Shown here piece by piece: positions 13,651 to 28,390 of a DNA stretch of 64,000 nucleotides (position 1 is the first letter of the stretch; the number at the start of each line of letters is the position of its first letter). Below the pieces are notes generated by a model. That model was given only the letters and a program-made list of their open reading frames with translations. It was not told the origin of the DNA and made no database searches. Origin of the DNA: Schmidtea polychroa (Eukaryota); NCBI GenBank assembly GCA_044892525.1, contig CM097885.1:52144001-52208000 (forward strand). The letters are read 5' to 3'. A program made the translations under genes and the position numbers.

Positions 13651-14117
13651 AATAATGCTAAAATCAATAAAATATTATTTTTATCCAATTGGATTTTAAT
13701 AGAGAAATTAATAATATCATGAGCTTAAGTCATTAATTAGTTTGTTAAGCTTTTCTAGAAATATTTATCCATTACATAGCAAAACTATGACAATTATCAT
13801 TTTATTTCATAATTATCATTATTCAGCAAGGTCTAAGTGACCCATTATCGTAATCTTCAATTCTTTGACAAATTGAAAAAAACTCATAATTATGAATCTT
13901 GAAATCTATTATTAAAATAAGTTTCCCTATCAAACACTGTATTCAAGTACCATGATAATTATCCTATAGGATTTCTTAAATGCGTCTGCTGTTGAGAAGT
14001 AATTATAAATAATTGAAAATAATAGGCCATTCGAGTTTAATTTTACAGTAATATTTACTTTAATATAATAATAAAAATAACCAAATAATAAAAATAATCA
14101 TATAATAAAAATAATCA

Positions 14118-14208
<91 letters not shown>

Positions 14209-14323
14209 CAGACGCGAGTAATAGGTAATTCATATTATATTTTTTATGTGAATTAAAAATTGATTTGGATTTAGAGATTGTGTTCTGGAAGTTATAAAGT
14301 GATGTTGTTTTAAAAAGGGAATT

Positions 14324-15040
14324 TTGTATGTTTTTAAAATGGAGAATTTTCCAGTGGATCTATTCTCAATAACTGATGCATTTGAAAGAAGGTTTGGCGT
14401 AAATTCTCGTGTCATTGGTACTTTTTTGGGATATTCAATTGTGAATTTCCATTGTGATGATCTGACAAAATCTTTATTTATTAATTCCATTGAAGGAAAT
14501 GAATTGACACATGATCATGATGTACATTCTTACAAATATAAAGTAGAAATTCAAAATATGCTCAATAACAAGTTTCGTTCAATTGATCTCCCCAAATCTG
14601 ACAATTTCAAAAGGAAAAACTCTTGTACATTTTCTAGTATTATCCAAGATTTCGAGAATCTTAAAGAATCAGAGCCGTTTTGCAAATATTCGATTATTAA
14701 AGAATCGTTGGAAAATGTTATTAAATCATCTGGTGAATATTATGATGACTTCATAGATGAAATGAAAAAGTATTCAATGAACATTTCACTGCCTAATATC
14801 ACAATGAAAGATAAGTCTTCAAATTCACAAAGTAAAGATAAAAGTAAAGTTTGTCCCTATTGAAGTTCAAAGAATTGCTCATGAATCAGAAAGATACACT
14901 TTGGATTTAATGAAAGAAGAATTACGAAATAAAGAAAGTGATGTTCTTGAAATGATAACAGTTGTGTTGGATTATGTTTCAAAAATCAATGAATACATTT
15001 TTGGAATTCTTCTTCTGAGTATTGTGTTAGACAGAAACAA
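14324..15040 (+). other. Orphan coding-like island (179-aa ORF plus frameshifted continuation) between two (AAT)n arrays
   Basis: ORF 14324-14863; another frame continues IEVQRIAHESERYTLDLMKEELRNKESDVLEMITVVLDYVSKINEYIFGILLLSIVLDRNK to the AAT array at 15041. No family recognised. Confidence 0.45.
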
Positions 15041-15061
15041 ATAATAATGATAATAATAATG

Positions 15062-15156
<95 letters not shown>

Positions 15157-16426
15157 TATAATTAAACAAGTAAATGATCTGAAGTATATAATGATTGAAA
15201 TAAAATAATATTTGATTATGAAAAATTATGAAAAATTATTATTATTATTATTACTTTTACTTTTAAATTAATATTAATTTTTCTTTAATATTTATTTTTC
15301 GCCAAGTATTTATCTATCTTAATTTTTGCACTCAGGATTTTTGTTCGAATGTCAATCTGAAACTCACACTATAGTCAAAGACCTTTTTAGTTTCAATAAA
15401 ATAATTAGAATTTTTTAGTTAAAAACTTCTAAAGGTTTTTCTTCAATGAATAAAGCTTAAGAAATATTGTTCGCTAAAAAGCCAAAAAATATTTTTTAAT
15501 GAAAAGTTCAGCTATTTTTTAAAAATCTTAAAATTTTGAAAGAAAAAACTTAAATTATTTTTCATGATTAAAAATCAAAGCAATTTTTCTTGATCATAAT
15601 ATAATGAGGCTTAATAAAAAGGCTTATTTTGCTCGCAGTACTACAAGGTTATTACAATTCATTACTACATGTACATGTAATTCAAAAGTTTTAAAAATAA
15701 TTATATTTTGATTTTTATTCCTATCTTAACTTTAAAGTTATAATGACATTCTATTTGTTTTGTATTAAAGTATATTAAGGGACAGATTTATGAAATTATT
15801 TTTTTCAAAGGAACACTTGAAAAATATCTAATAGAATTTATTTTAACCAAATTAATTAAACTCATTTACATTTGTCAACTATTTATGAATTATATTTAAA
15901 AGCAATTTAGCTATTGTTATATTATCAATTCATTTCTTTTTATAAGATTATTGTGGAACAATATAATTTTTTTTTAATTGGATAGATCGTTGGATACTTC
16001 CGTACATCAAAATATTATTTTTGATTGTAAATAATATTTCACAATTCATTTAATAAATAATCAATAATTAGTTATCACATTTTAGTTTTATTTCGCAATT
16101 TAAAAAAATTAAAAATAATAATAATAATATTAATAACAATAACATTAATTATTATTATTACTATTAATGTAAGACTGTTTGGGTGTGCAATAAAGTGAAG
16201 TAAGAGTGTGTGTGTGATCTATATAAATAATAAAGGATAAACTAATAATTATCCCTTTCTAGGTAATACTAATTATTACAACAATTGCATGACCCGATTT
16301 GAAATTTCGAAAATAAATATTGTAAATTGATATTTTCTTTTAACAACAACAATAATAATTATAATATTAATAATAATAATAATTATTATTATAACAATGA
16401 TAACATTTTATCATAGATAAAATCAC

Positions 16427-16632
16427 CTTTTCGGTCCAGTGTACTGAATGTTAATTATTCTAGTCCATATTCTAATTGTTGTCATTCCCGGTATTCCAGT
16501 CAAAGTTGCCATATGCATTTGACCATATATTGATGAATATGTGTCTCTTTTTACACGTTCGTTGAATACTGTCACAGGGTCTTGTAATCTATAATTTAAT
16601 TCTCTTGGATCTGGCTTTATTAAAATTTCATC
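16427..16632 (-). CDS. L1CAM/neuroglian-like gene, exon (second half of FnIII-3, with RVKR site)
   Basis: ttcag|gat...aaaag|gtga; DEILIKPDPRELNYRLQDPVTVFNERVKRDTYSSIYGQMHMATLTGIPGMTTIRIWTRIINIQYTGPK; in frame with both neighbouring exons. Confidence 0.85.
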
Positions 16633-17387
16633 CTGAATTCAAAAGAAATATATAAATTTGCCATTTAAACTACAAATAACATTGATTTAAATAAAAAATT
16701 CCAAACCTAATTTTCAGTATTTTAAAATATATTTAAATAACGGAGAAAATATAACTAATTTGTTTAAATTTCTTTCACAAGGAATTGTAAATAAAAGTTG
16801 CACTTGATTAGATAACAATAAAAAAATTGAAAATTCATAAGTATGACCACATATTTCACATTTATAATCAAATGTTAGTAAAAAATTTTTAAAAGTGAAT
16901 TTTTGATTGTTAAAAACCAATTTTTTAAAGGTAAATTTAGGTATTTAGTAATTGGAAAAATTATAAAGTTGAAAATATAACAAATAAATAACCCTTATAT
17001 GGGAACAGTAGATAATGGATGTTGAAGTCAAAGTCAAACAAATATATACATTTATATATATTTTAAAATAGATATTTTTAATCTCAAAAAACAAACCTTA
17101 AGCAGTTTCAAAAGTCTTTACATCAACAGTCTATTTGTAACAACTTGTAAATTTGATATCTCTTGTTATTTTATGTTTTGTACATTCACGGACATTTTGT
17201 TTCAATAATCTTTTTATATTTTCAATATTTCTTTCGATGCTAGGAAACATTCATTTTAATTAATTTATTTATTTGAAAAATATATTACACCTAAATATGG
17301 AGACAATAAATCCTTATGATTATATTTTACGTATATCATGTGAAAATATCACAGTTAATACATTGAATTATTATTAAGTTTATTTAC

Positions 17388-17651
17388 TTGACAATTTTTT
17401 TTTATGTCACACAACTCTGCCGATGTCTCATTTAAACACCACTCGATTCGGTAGCCCCTAAAAAATCCATTGATCCTTGACAGCTGGTTTTCATAAATAA
17501 TCGCCCATTGCAGTTTCACACTGTGATCCGTAATTACGTCAACTCTCAAATTACTGGGCTTTATTGTCGGATAGCTTTCGCCAGAAAATCCGAAATATTT
17601 TGCGGGCAAAACTGTACTAAATCCCATGGTGTTTTTTGATTGGATAGTTAT
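17388..17651 (-). CDS. L1CAM/neuroglian-like gene, exon (end of FnIII-2, start of FnIII-3)
   Basis: tctag|ata...caa|gtaaat, 264 bp; ITIQSKNTMG...GFSGESYPTIKPSNL...VKLQW...INGFFRGYRIEW; the G(F/Y)SGE.P linker is typical of the L1 family. Confidence 0.9.
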
Positions 17652-17717
17652 CTAGAATGAATAAAATATTTACATATAATTTAATAATAATTAAAAATAT
17701 TATTAATGAAAAATAGG

Positions 17718-17823
<106 letters not shown>

Positions 17824-20271
17824 TTATATATTAAAAAAATAACTAACATTATTCTAATTAAATTAATTGCAAATTTTCAATTCATACTTTTCAATATTGC
17901 TTATACAATTTCATATTTTTTTAACTATTTATTAAATTATTTAGTTTATTAAATTCTCGTTAGAAATCTTGAAACCTTTTAAGGATAATAAGAATATCTA
18001 AGTAGCAAAATTAAATATTAATAAAAATCCTATAATAAAAGTTTTAAAAAATATAAATATTTATCTATTTATTTTCAACATTAAATACGAAAGATAAATA
18101 TTTATTTTCCTTAGTTTGTTTTACTCCTTCTTTGAAAACATTAAGCTGAATATCATGAAACTTATTTTAAAATTTACAATTACCGCTGATAATCTCACGG
18201 ATTTACCGGAATCACTTATTAATTAGATTTCCCAATGACTTTTGAAAACATAAATTGGTTTCATATTTCCTTCAACAATTTATAATTAGATTTTAAAATA
18301 ATTTAACAGACATTTAGAAAAAAATACCAATAATAGTAAAATTAATATTGATATTAACTCTTTCCATAATTTTAAATTTCAGTTGACAATAAAAAGTATA
18401 TTATATTATCAATGTTATATTATCTAACTTATTAAAACAAAAATTAACTTTAAATCTGAAAACGAGTTAAAAATTATTTATATATTTTATTACCATGCAA
18501 ATTTTAATATTTATCATTTTTGTATGACAACGGAATGTGGAATAATGTAATTATTTAATGTCAGCATAAATGAATACCGTACCTCGGAATCCTTAAAATA
18601 AACTGAAATATATTTTGTTTAAAGCATCACTTAACCAAATAATAACTAGCTTATAAGTTATCTAATTATAGAATATTTATTTTTCATGAAAAATGTTAAC
18701 AATAAATTATATATGTTTAAGGAGATTGTTTATTATTTTTAATTGCCATTAATCCGCTTTATTTAGATTTAATTTTATAAAATATTTTTCATTTTGATAA
18801 TTTTAATAGTTATTCTTTATTCTTTATAAATAATCGGACAATTTATATTTTCAAAATTTATGATTAACATGCTATTAAGAAAATAAATAAAATATAAAAT
18901 TATTTTATTTTTCACAATTAAAAAACAGATATAAAAAAAACATTTAGTTTTTGCATAGAGATAAATGTTTTCTATTTTCAGGATAAATTTATAATGAACC
19001 CGAATTGTTTTTGATTTTATTCTTTTCATGTTGTGAGATATTTGATAGACAATTTGAGTGTTAAAGATTTCGTTAAAGAATTTTCTTTTAGATTTGAATT
19101 AATGTTTAACGCTGAGAATAAGTAAGAGTGTTTGGAAAGATTAAATAACTATTTGCTTGAAAGCAGTTAAGTTCAAGTCCATAAAAAGTAACAAAATATT
19201 CTTATTCAATTAATGGCTTATAGACGACACATAAACGTGCAATATCAATTAAATAAAAATACAGTATAAAAAGTCAGTTAGTATTTTTGAAAGCTTTTTA
19301 AGCTATGAATTCTGTAATAGTTTTCTCTTCTTTTGAAATAAAAATGCTTAAAAGGTAAACCAACATTGTCTTTATTGATATCTTAGCTTGGTAAATATTC
19401 AACTTTTTCAAAAACGTAATTTAAAATTTTTGAATACAAAGATGCCGTTACAATATCATATTTGGTTTTATTAATTAACAAAAAAATATTTAATTAACTT
19501 CAAAAGAATAAAACACTTCTCTATTTATTGTATCATATATACAAAAACATAATAAAATGGAATTCACCAAATGTGAAATTCATATTGAAATGAAATATTG
19601 TTGTCATTATCACGTAAATATGTTATTCGCCAAGGAAAATATTTATACAGATAGTTGACGTTAAAAAATGTTTGCAAAAATCCCTCTCGACTATGAAAGA
19701 TTTATTACGAAAATCAGAATTTTACTGGTAAAAATTTGAGTATACAGTTAGAGAGATTCATAACACAAGCAGCATTTAAACAAAGTTATAATTAAATAGC
19801 GAAATCTAAATTAATTAAAAAAATCTCAAAAAGTAAAAATTTTAAATTTTAAGTTACAAAACTTTAACAAGATAACTATTATTTATTTATAGCAATCTGC
19901 ATATGAAATGTTTATATAAACAATTGTTTATTAATTGTAAACAAATGGAAAGTAAAACATTTCTTATATTTGTTAATTAAATCGTCAATTGTGAATTTTA
20001 GCTTCAAATTAATTTCTATTTTTAAGATTAAAATCAGAAAAAGACTGCCATTGAAGAAAATGATATTTGATATTCAAAATAAATAAGTAATAATTACTAT
20101 AACAAGATTTTATTAATAAATATTTCCGGAGATTTCCGAAAGATGTAATTTCTTAATTATTTGAAACATGTTAGTTAAAAAATAATTAAATAAGAATTTT
20201 CTAATTAAAAATAATAATCGAGCTCGCTCTTTTATAAAACAAATATCTCAAATTATTAAAACAATAATTAT

Positions 20272-20450
20272 AAAGTGAAGATTACTTGGTAGCAGCATTA
20301 ATTAAATTTTACAACAATTAAATGATAATTTAAGCCTTTTGCTGCGAATAATATATTTAATACAAATGAAAATATTTTCGACTATAAGATATCACTTTTC
20401 AATTCGCAGCAAAAGGCTTAAATTATTATTTAATTGTTTTAAAACAATAA
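20272..20450. repeat. Diverged copy of the ~170-bp AAT-associated hammerhead-like repeat with a partial inverted arm
   Basis: aaagtgaagattacttggtagcagcatt...aagccttttgctgcgaa...ttttcgactataagata followed by inverted ttcgcagcaaaaggcttaaatt; homologous to 27034-27398 and 34111-34325. Confidence 0.75.
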
Positions 20451-20876
20451 TTGTTTATAAATTTATTTTTAGAAATCGCTGGTTTCTCCAGAAAATTTTA
20501 TGGTCAACATTCAAATTCAAAAAAAGGAAAGTGGTGAAAGAAAAAACGATTTTGACCAACTTTAACAAAAATATTTAATATTTTTATTCATTTGAACATA
20601 ATACTAATATTCATTTTAAGAATGATTTCACTTGAAACTAAAATCCAGGTCCTCAGACAATTAAATGAAGGTAAACGCAATCTGATAACGGTACTCTATT
20701 AAATTTTTCAATTTCAAAAATACGCACAATTCTGAAAATAAAGAGTGAAAAGAACTTTCAACAGATTTTCTAAAAAATAGTTTGGTCAATAAAATAAAAA
20801 TTATGGGCCAGTTCATACAAAATTATCTAAATTTAGATAGAATTTCAAAAGCAAGTCGAAGTGTTATTGATGCAAT

Positions 20877-21276
20877 CAGGGACGGATCTAGCTTTTTTGA
20901 GGCCCAGCGCTTAAAAATACCAAGTGGTCCTACACGTTTCAAATAATACTTAGTCGGGAACCTGTATTTACAATACGGTCATTATTTGTTTAAGCAGCTG
21001 CGTCTTATCACTACCGGTCAATAAAAATGACTCTGATGGTTCTTTGAGGTAACTAAGTGATGAAAATTAATCACGTTTTAATGTTATATATTATTTTTTG
21101 TTGATTTTTAATAAATATTACTAAATTTGTGTTTTAAATTTTTTGTGTTTCGATCTTTTCTCTTATAAGCCGTGCTAGGTATAGAATATAATATGTAGAT
21201 GTCCGAGAGGTTGGGGCCCCTTGCGGATCTGGGCCAGGGCTATTGCTCTATTAGCCCATATGTAGATCCGTCCCGA
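20877..21276. mobile_element. hAT MITE, ~400 bp
   Basis: TIRs cagggacggatcta / tagatccgtcccga; 8-bp TSD gatgcaat / catgcaat (7 of 8). Confidence 0.8.
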
Positions 21277-22448
21277 CATGCAATGTATTGCTATCAACAA
21301 CCGCTTACTGAACGAAACAGAAAAATACAAACAAAGCTAAAAGTCTTCACAAAAAAACAAAGAATTTCGAATGAAGAAGAACCTTCCTGATCAAAAACCT
21401 AACTTCTTTATTAAAACCATTCGATTTCGAATATTTTATGAATAAAATCGATATCAGCAATAACTATGTATATATTTAATGTAAAAGTGTATTTACTAAT
21501 AAATGTTATAAAACTAAACAAATAAACATTTTCTTACTCTCCTCTTTGTTCTTTGTCACCAATTCCCAGTATTTATTCATTTAGCTCTTAAACCTTTTGA
21601 AACATTTCCCCGCGTTAGATATATAATGCACTAAGTTGATAAAGAAGTGGAAAAATTTTTTTTTGAGTAAAGGATCTGTTTTCACCATGACAGTGGTACT
21701 CTTAATATTGAGGTTTCTTAAAATTTTGAAAGGTTTTTTTAATTTGTTTATCCTAATTTAGTATTGAATTTTCTTTTATAATATCATAAAATTTATTTTA
21801 ATTAATTAAACTTAATTTGTTTAATTTATTTTATTATATATTATTTATTGTATTTATTATTTTATTATTTTAGCATGTTATTTTACTATTAAGTTATTCC
21901 TAAATATTCTTTAAATTATTAAGGAATATTAAAAAATCAATACTTTATAGTCGGTTACCTTAAACTTACTATAGGGAGCAGAAATTGAAGAATTTATTTT
22001 TGAAAAAGGAAAAAAAATCAATAAAGTTTGAAAATAAAGAAAGAATTAAATTAAATAAATGGATAATAACAACCATTGGGAAGGACTTTGACGAAAACAA
22101 TGAAAATATACAGAAATTTACTTTCGCAAGATCATTATATTCCATTTAGAATTCCAATTTCCTTATAAGTGCTTTGTATTTCTTATTTTAACTGTTGAAA
22201 TAAAATTCATTATTAATTCAGAACTAATATAGTTTATTCGTTGTTATTAAGTTTTGGTATTGCAATTATTATTCAATAAACACAAGCATTACAACCGTCC
22301 CGACGCATTTTATTACAGGTGGCTTAGCTAGGTACTAGGGGTTTTTTTACTTATAAAAAAGTACAATAGTATAAAGTGATGTTTTCTTCGTAAAAGCATT
22401 AATTAAATGTTAAACAATTAAATGATAATTTAAGTATTTTGTTGCGAA

Positions 22449-23837
22449 CAAGCCCGGTATAAACACTAGGCGAACTAGGCGGCTGCCTGGGGCGGCACTG
22501 AAATCAACGTAAAATTGAAATATTAAAGAAATATTCACCTTTTAGTAATAAATGGATTGAATATTTTTGTTTTTAGTGGAGTGATGCCGACTTTTAAACA
22601 TGGAATTTTAAGTTTTTAATTTTTAGTTAATTAATATTTAAAGTTTTATTACAAAATATTACATTTTATTTTTTCGACCTAGATGAAACGAATTGCATGG
22701 TATAAATTTTATCACTGGTTAGTTTATTTACTTACTTTATATTTTGTACTTTTGTACAACGTTATATTTAAAATAATTTGATTCAAATATTTAAATTTGT
22801 ATATGTGAATTGTAAATATTTTATTTTATTTATATTTTACATATTTTACAAAAATGAATTTAAAATATAGAAAAATAGTAGCTAAATCATAATAAAATTT
22901 TATTTTGTAATATCCGTCGTTATTTCAATCCCCTATAGCAGAATGAAAACGATTGACCGGTGCACATTATCGTAAACGACGGGCTAAAAATGAAAAGGGT
23001 ATCTATGTAAACCGCACAGAGACGAAGGTAGTCCAGAGGAGTTAATGACAGTATCAGAATGAAATAAACGGTACGTACCAAGAATCAAAATCTAAAGTGC
23101 ATAAAATCGATAATTTCACTGGTTTATATTTTAACTATAGCGATCCTCTACTTGGACCAAATTGATTTAAATATTTAAAATATTTAAAAATAAATATTTA
23201 AAAAAAATTTAAAAAAAATATATTTAAATATTTAAATATAATATTAAAATATAATATAATATATTTAAAATTTAAAATATTTAAAATTTGATAGAACATG
23301 TACCAAAACAAGTCGAGCAGTTTGATTTTCCTAAAGACAGTAGGCAAAGAAAATTCTCAAAAATTAATTACAAACTGATGCTTGTCAATGGAGAAAACAG
23401 TTGCTGACATTGATGTAAGTAATGACTCTGTTTATTGCTTCTGCTGCAAGCTGTTTCCAGTAGCACAATAGGTGCGCCATCTCTTTCTTCAAAAGGTTCA
23501 CATGATTAAAAAAGAAAGACTTGTTGTACTAGCTACTCTGTCAATTGCCAAAGACCTTGAACTAATGGAACTCGTTTCTACATTTGCTAAAGCAAAAGTA
23601 CGAAAAATAAAGTTTTGAAATTACATTACCAGTATAAACAAATATACCATTAAATTTTTTATTCTATTCTTCTTCTTTCTATTAAATGCAAATGCGAATT
23701 AAAACAAAAGGCACCATAGCATTCCTTTGTGAAAGTTATTATTAATTCAATCTTAGTTGCCGTGGGCGCGGGGAGGGGGGGGGAAGCGCAGTGCGAGAGG
23801 TTCACCTAGAGTTTCAAATACTCTGTCGCCAGATCTG
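22449..23837 (+). mobile_element. Internally deleted hAT element (Tip100/ZMYM1-like) with transposase remnants
   Basis: Perfect 8-bp TSD gttgcgaa (22441-48, 23838-45); ca...tg termini; remnants FPKDSRQRKFS and VYCFCCKLF (TTF zinc finger-like, ~23327-23457) and C-terminal FAKAKVRKIKF (~23584-23618). Inserted into a copy of the AAT-associated repeat. Confidence 0.8.
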
Positions 23838-24656
23838 GTTGCGAAGAATATATTTGATAGTTTAATAAGTACAGTAAATAATAATAATAGACAACCGAGA
23901 GATTTTTTCAAAATAATTAAACATAATGAAAAAACTTGAAATGTGAAATGACATAAAACCGACATATACAAAATTAAAAATACGTTTTGAAAACCACAAA
24001 TTATTTGTATACCTAATATACATATACAGGGAACCCCAAAAGTAAAAGTACCTAGGGCCTACGAAGAGGTTAATTTGGATTTGGCTACAGGCTGAGAAAT
24101 TTTTCTAGCAAAAATCAAAAATCAAAACATTTTATGTCACATTGAACATGTTTACGCGCTCATTTTTGATGGGTTCATGGAAATACAAAACAAGTTAACT
24201 CGTTTCTGGCGCTAAAAGGGTTAAATATAAATAAATGCAGTATAATTGTTTTATTACACAGTCCAAGAATTGTCATTATTTAGTAAGCTTGAAGGCAAAT
24301 TTAGTGGGGTACATAAAGTATAGAGTATGAAATATTTCACCGAGTATAAGTTATATTTTAAAATAAATGTCAAACAAAAATAAATAAAATAATAAAAATT
24401 AATATCTAAAACAGTTTTATTATGAAACGTATTGCAACGTCTGTGACTATTCGTTGTGTTAAATTAAAACAATAAGGTATCAACGAAAACATGTTTTAAT
24501 AAATATTTCATTTTATTAATATACTTTGACATTATTATATTTAAACAATAAAAAAAACACATTCTAAAATTATCATATAAAATGAATTATTAGATATTTA
24601 ATTACAATAAGAAATTGTCAAAGGAATTAATATTCATTGTACAATAGTTTACTTAC

Positions 24657-24851
24657 TTCATACCGCTTATAAATCTCAATTTTTGTTAATTTTGAGTTAC
24701 TAGTAATATTGGATAGCACTATTTTGTTGGTCTTCCAGGACGTGATTTGGATCTGAAACTTTGATGTATATGGACTGTAATCACAATCCATACACCGAAT
24801 TGTTAAATGGTATGTTAAATTTGGACCATTGTGATTTAAGTATGGTATTGG
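24657..24851 (-). CDS. L1CAM/neuroglian-like gene, exon (FnIII-2 middle)
   Basis: tttcag|cca; PIPYLNHNGPNLTYHLTIRCMDC...; continues TLTIKWK in phase 0 (the W.P....HNGP...Y motif of L1-family FnIII-2). The donor is uncertain (aa|gtaagt near 24657 or g|gtatga near 24664), and a small unlocated exon is probably needed before 17651. Confidence 0.78.
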
Positions 24852-25085
24852 CTGAAAATTAATTTTAATAATTTAAAAAAACAATTTTTATAATTATAAT
24901 GATCATAAATATAAATATAAATAATAATAATAATAATTTTATTTATAAATATTTTAATTATAAATTTATGCATATTAATTATTATAGCATTCTATTATAA
25001 AGTCGAAAATTCAATTTAAAAACATAATATATCATTTATTAAGTATTTTTTTATTTAACTGATATTTAAATATTTATATTTCCTA

Positions 25086-25378
<293 letters not shown>

Positions 25379-26931
25379 ATTTAAATTTAAAAAATTTAAT
25401 TTATAATACCAAAATTTCAAACTTTACAATTCAATTTAATAATTTTTTGGAAACAATATTCTATTTCTTTGGTATATAATGGATTTTAACATAAATACAA
25501 AATTGCATTTATTAATTAACTGCAATATCCTATTCTTTTGAGTATCAATATTTGGCAAGATTAAACAGTAAAACTATTTTACTAAATTTTGCAATAAAAC
25601 ATAATGAACGTTATATGTATATATTATAACTGCCATATTTTTACAATAGAATATTATCAATTATAAACAATAGTACTATTTGTTAAAATATTTCTTTTAT
25701 TTTCATTTTTTTGAATTAATTTTCATAATCCAACCCCACCATTTAAATATCCGTTAGTTTGTTTACCATTATTATTCTTAATGAACTATTTCCTTTCAAT
25801 AATTTATGTCATTTACCTTTTTTGATAGAAGATGAAAAATGAATGTTAAAACAAAATTGAGGATTTACTCAATAAATCAAAAAATTCAGCATAAATATTT
25901 TGTTGTAAAAACAGTAGTTAAAGAAACAATGCGCGATGTCAGAAAAAATGAAGATGATAAAATTTGGAAGATTAATTTTAATAATTTCCATTGGATAAAA
26001 TTCATGAAATTCTGTAATTCTATAGTTTAAATAATCTATTTATTAACTATTAGTTATATTTACAAAAATGATATTAAGCTAAAATGTCATTAAGAAATTG
26101 AATTTTAAATAATATTTTATTATATTTAGGAAGACTGTAAAAAAATCACATTTGAACTTTAAGAAGTCTTTTCTAAAATCTCAGCAAAACCAATTTTATT
26201 CTAAATAATTATATTAGCAATGGAAAAAGAATGACGAAGACAAATTCTAAACTGATAATAAGATCTCTTGCGAATGATTTGGAAATAAATGTTGAAACTT
26301 CTCTCAATGTGGGTTTTGCACCTACTTACTGAATGTCTAAGAATTCAAAGAATTTAATACTGCCAATCACGTGATGATTTTCACAGCCAAATTTGAAACA
26401 AAAATCATAGACAAAGGTTGTAATAAATACATTAACATGTGTAACTCTTTAACCCAATGGTTATCAACATTTTCCCATAATAATCCATTTAATTTTAAAC
26501 TTTGCTTAAAAAACTATGCTTATGGATATAAGAAAAAACTTCATTCAAATACAATTTGTTAAACAACGAGTTTCTCAAATTGGAAAAAACAATTTTATTT
26601 TAAGGTTGTCAAAAGTATTGAACCATTGTTTGTGCTAAGAAAAACCATTGCAACTCCATCAATTTTTTGATACCATTCATTGAAAATAAAATTAAATTAA
26701 ATTTTCCATATTATTTTAAAATTATTATATTTTAATTTTTAATTTAATTACTTTTAAAAGTTAGTCTCAAAGTCAATAGCAACAAATCAAACTGATGATT
26801 TCATTGATGTGTTGATTGTTAGTTGTCTGTTTATGATGAGAATTGATTTTTTAAATCTGACATTCTTTTTGGATGTTTCCAAAGACTAAAATTTTGATTG
26901 AAATATTTTTTCTTTAGTTCTTTGGTTGACA

Positions 26932-27398
<467 letters not shown>

Positions 27399-27778
27399 TA
27401 ATAATAATAATAATATTAATGATAATAATAATATTAATAATAATAATAATAAATTAATAAAAATTTTACATTTCTAAAAATGTAAATTTTACGAAATTCA
27501 CAGCTCATATTACTGAAGATTTATTTTTATTGATATTTAAATTTTAAAGAATCTCATAAGCTCGGAGTACTAGAAATTCCTTCTCATTAATTTTCGTATT
27601 AATCTCCATTCCCAATATTGGAAATTCATTGAAGTATGTGAATGAAAATCTCTAGGATTTATTATTTAAAAATTTTACATCCAATGCATTTGCATAAAAA
27701 TCAAAAATTTGAATTGCCCAGTTTTTGACATTAATTTAAATATATTTTTTATTTCTTGAAAATAAATTAAAAAAACAC

Positions 27779-28191
27779 CTTCCATTTAATTGTGAGAGTG
27801 TTTGGATTTGTACCGTAAATAAAAACATCATCTGGATTGATATTGGGTCTTTCCATTCTCATTTGGCATATGTTGACTGTCGTTGAACTTGGATGTGAAG
27901 TGCCTAATTTATTAACACTTCGGATTCTGAATTTGTAATCAACGTACGGATGAATGGTCACCCAAGCATTGTTTTTGATTTTATTATTCGATGGGATGAT
28001 CGTTTGAAATGTATCATTTATTGGCAGAATTACCAACCAGTTTTTGGGATCGTATTGAGTTCGAAATTCAAATATATACGAAGTTATGGGGGCATTGTTA
28101 TGAAACCCATCTATCCAAGTTAAAAGTGCCAAATGATGATTCGAATACCTTTTGCAATTCACTTGAACATCGCTTACTGGTTCGGGCTTTC
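27779..28191 (-). CDS. L1CAM/neuroglian-like gene, exon (FnIII-1 and start of FnIII-2)
   Basis: ttttaag|ga...tggaag|gtgttt; KPEPVSDVQVNC...ALLTWIDGFHNNAPITSYIFEFRTQYDPKNW...IHPYVDYKFRIRSVNKLGTSHPS...C...ERPNINPDDV..GTNPNTLTIKWK, the characteristic neuroglian/NrCAM first FnIII pattern. Confidence 0.92.
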
Positions 28192-28295
28192 CTTAAAAAT
28201 ATGAATTTAAACATTAATAATATATAACATAAAAATAACATTCTATCAAAAAAAAAACATTCATCTTTTATTAATAAATTTAAAATATTTAAAAT

Positions 28296-28390
<95 letters not shown>

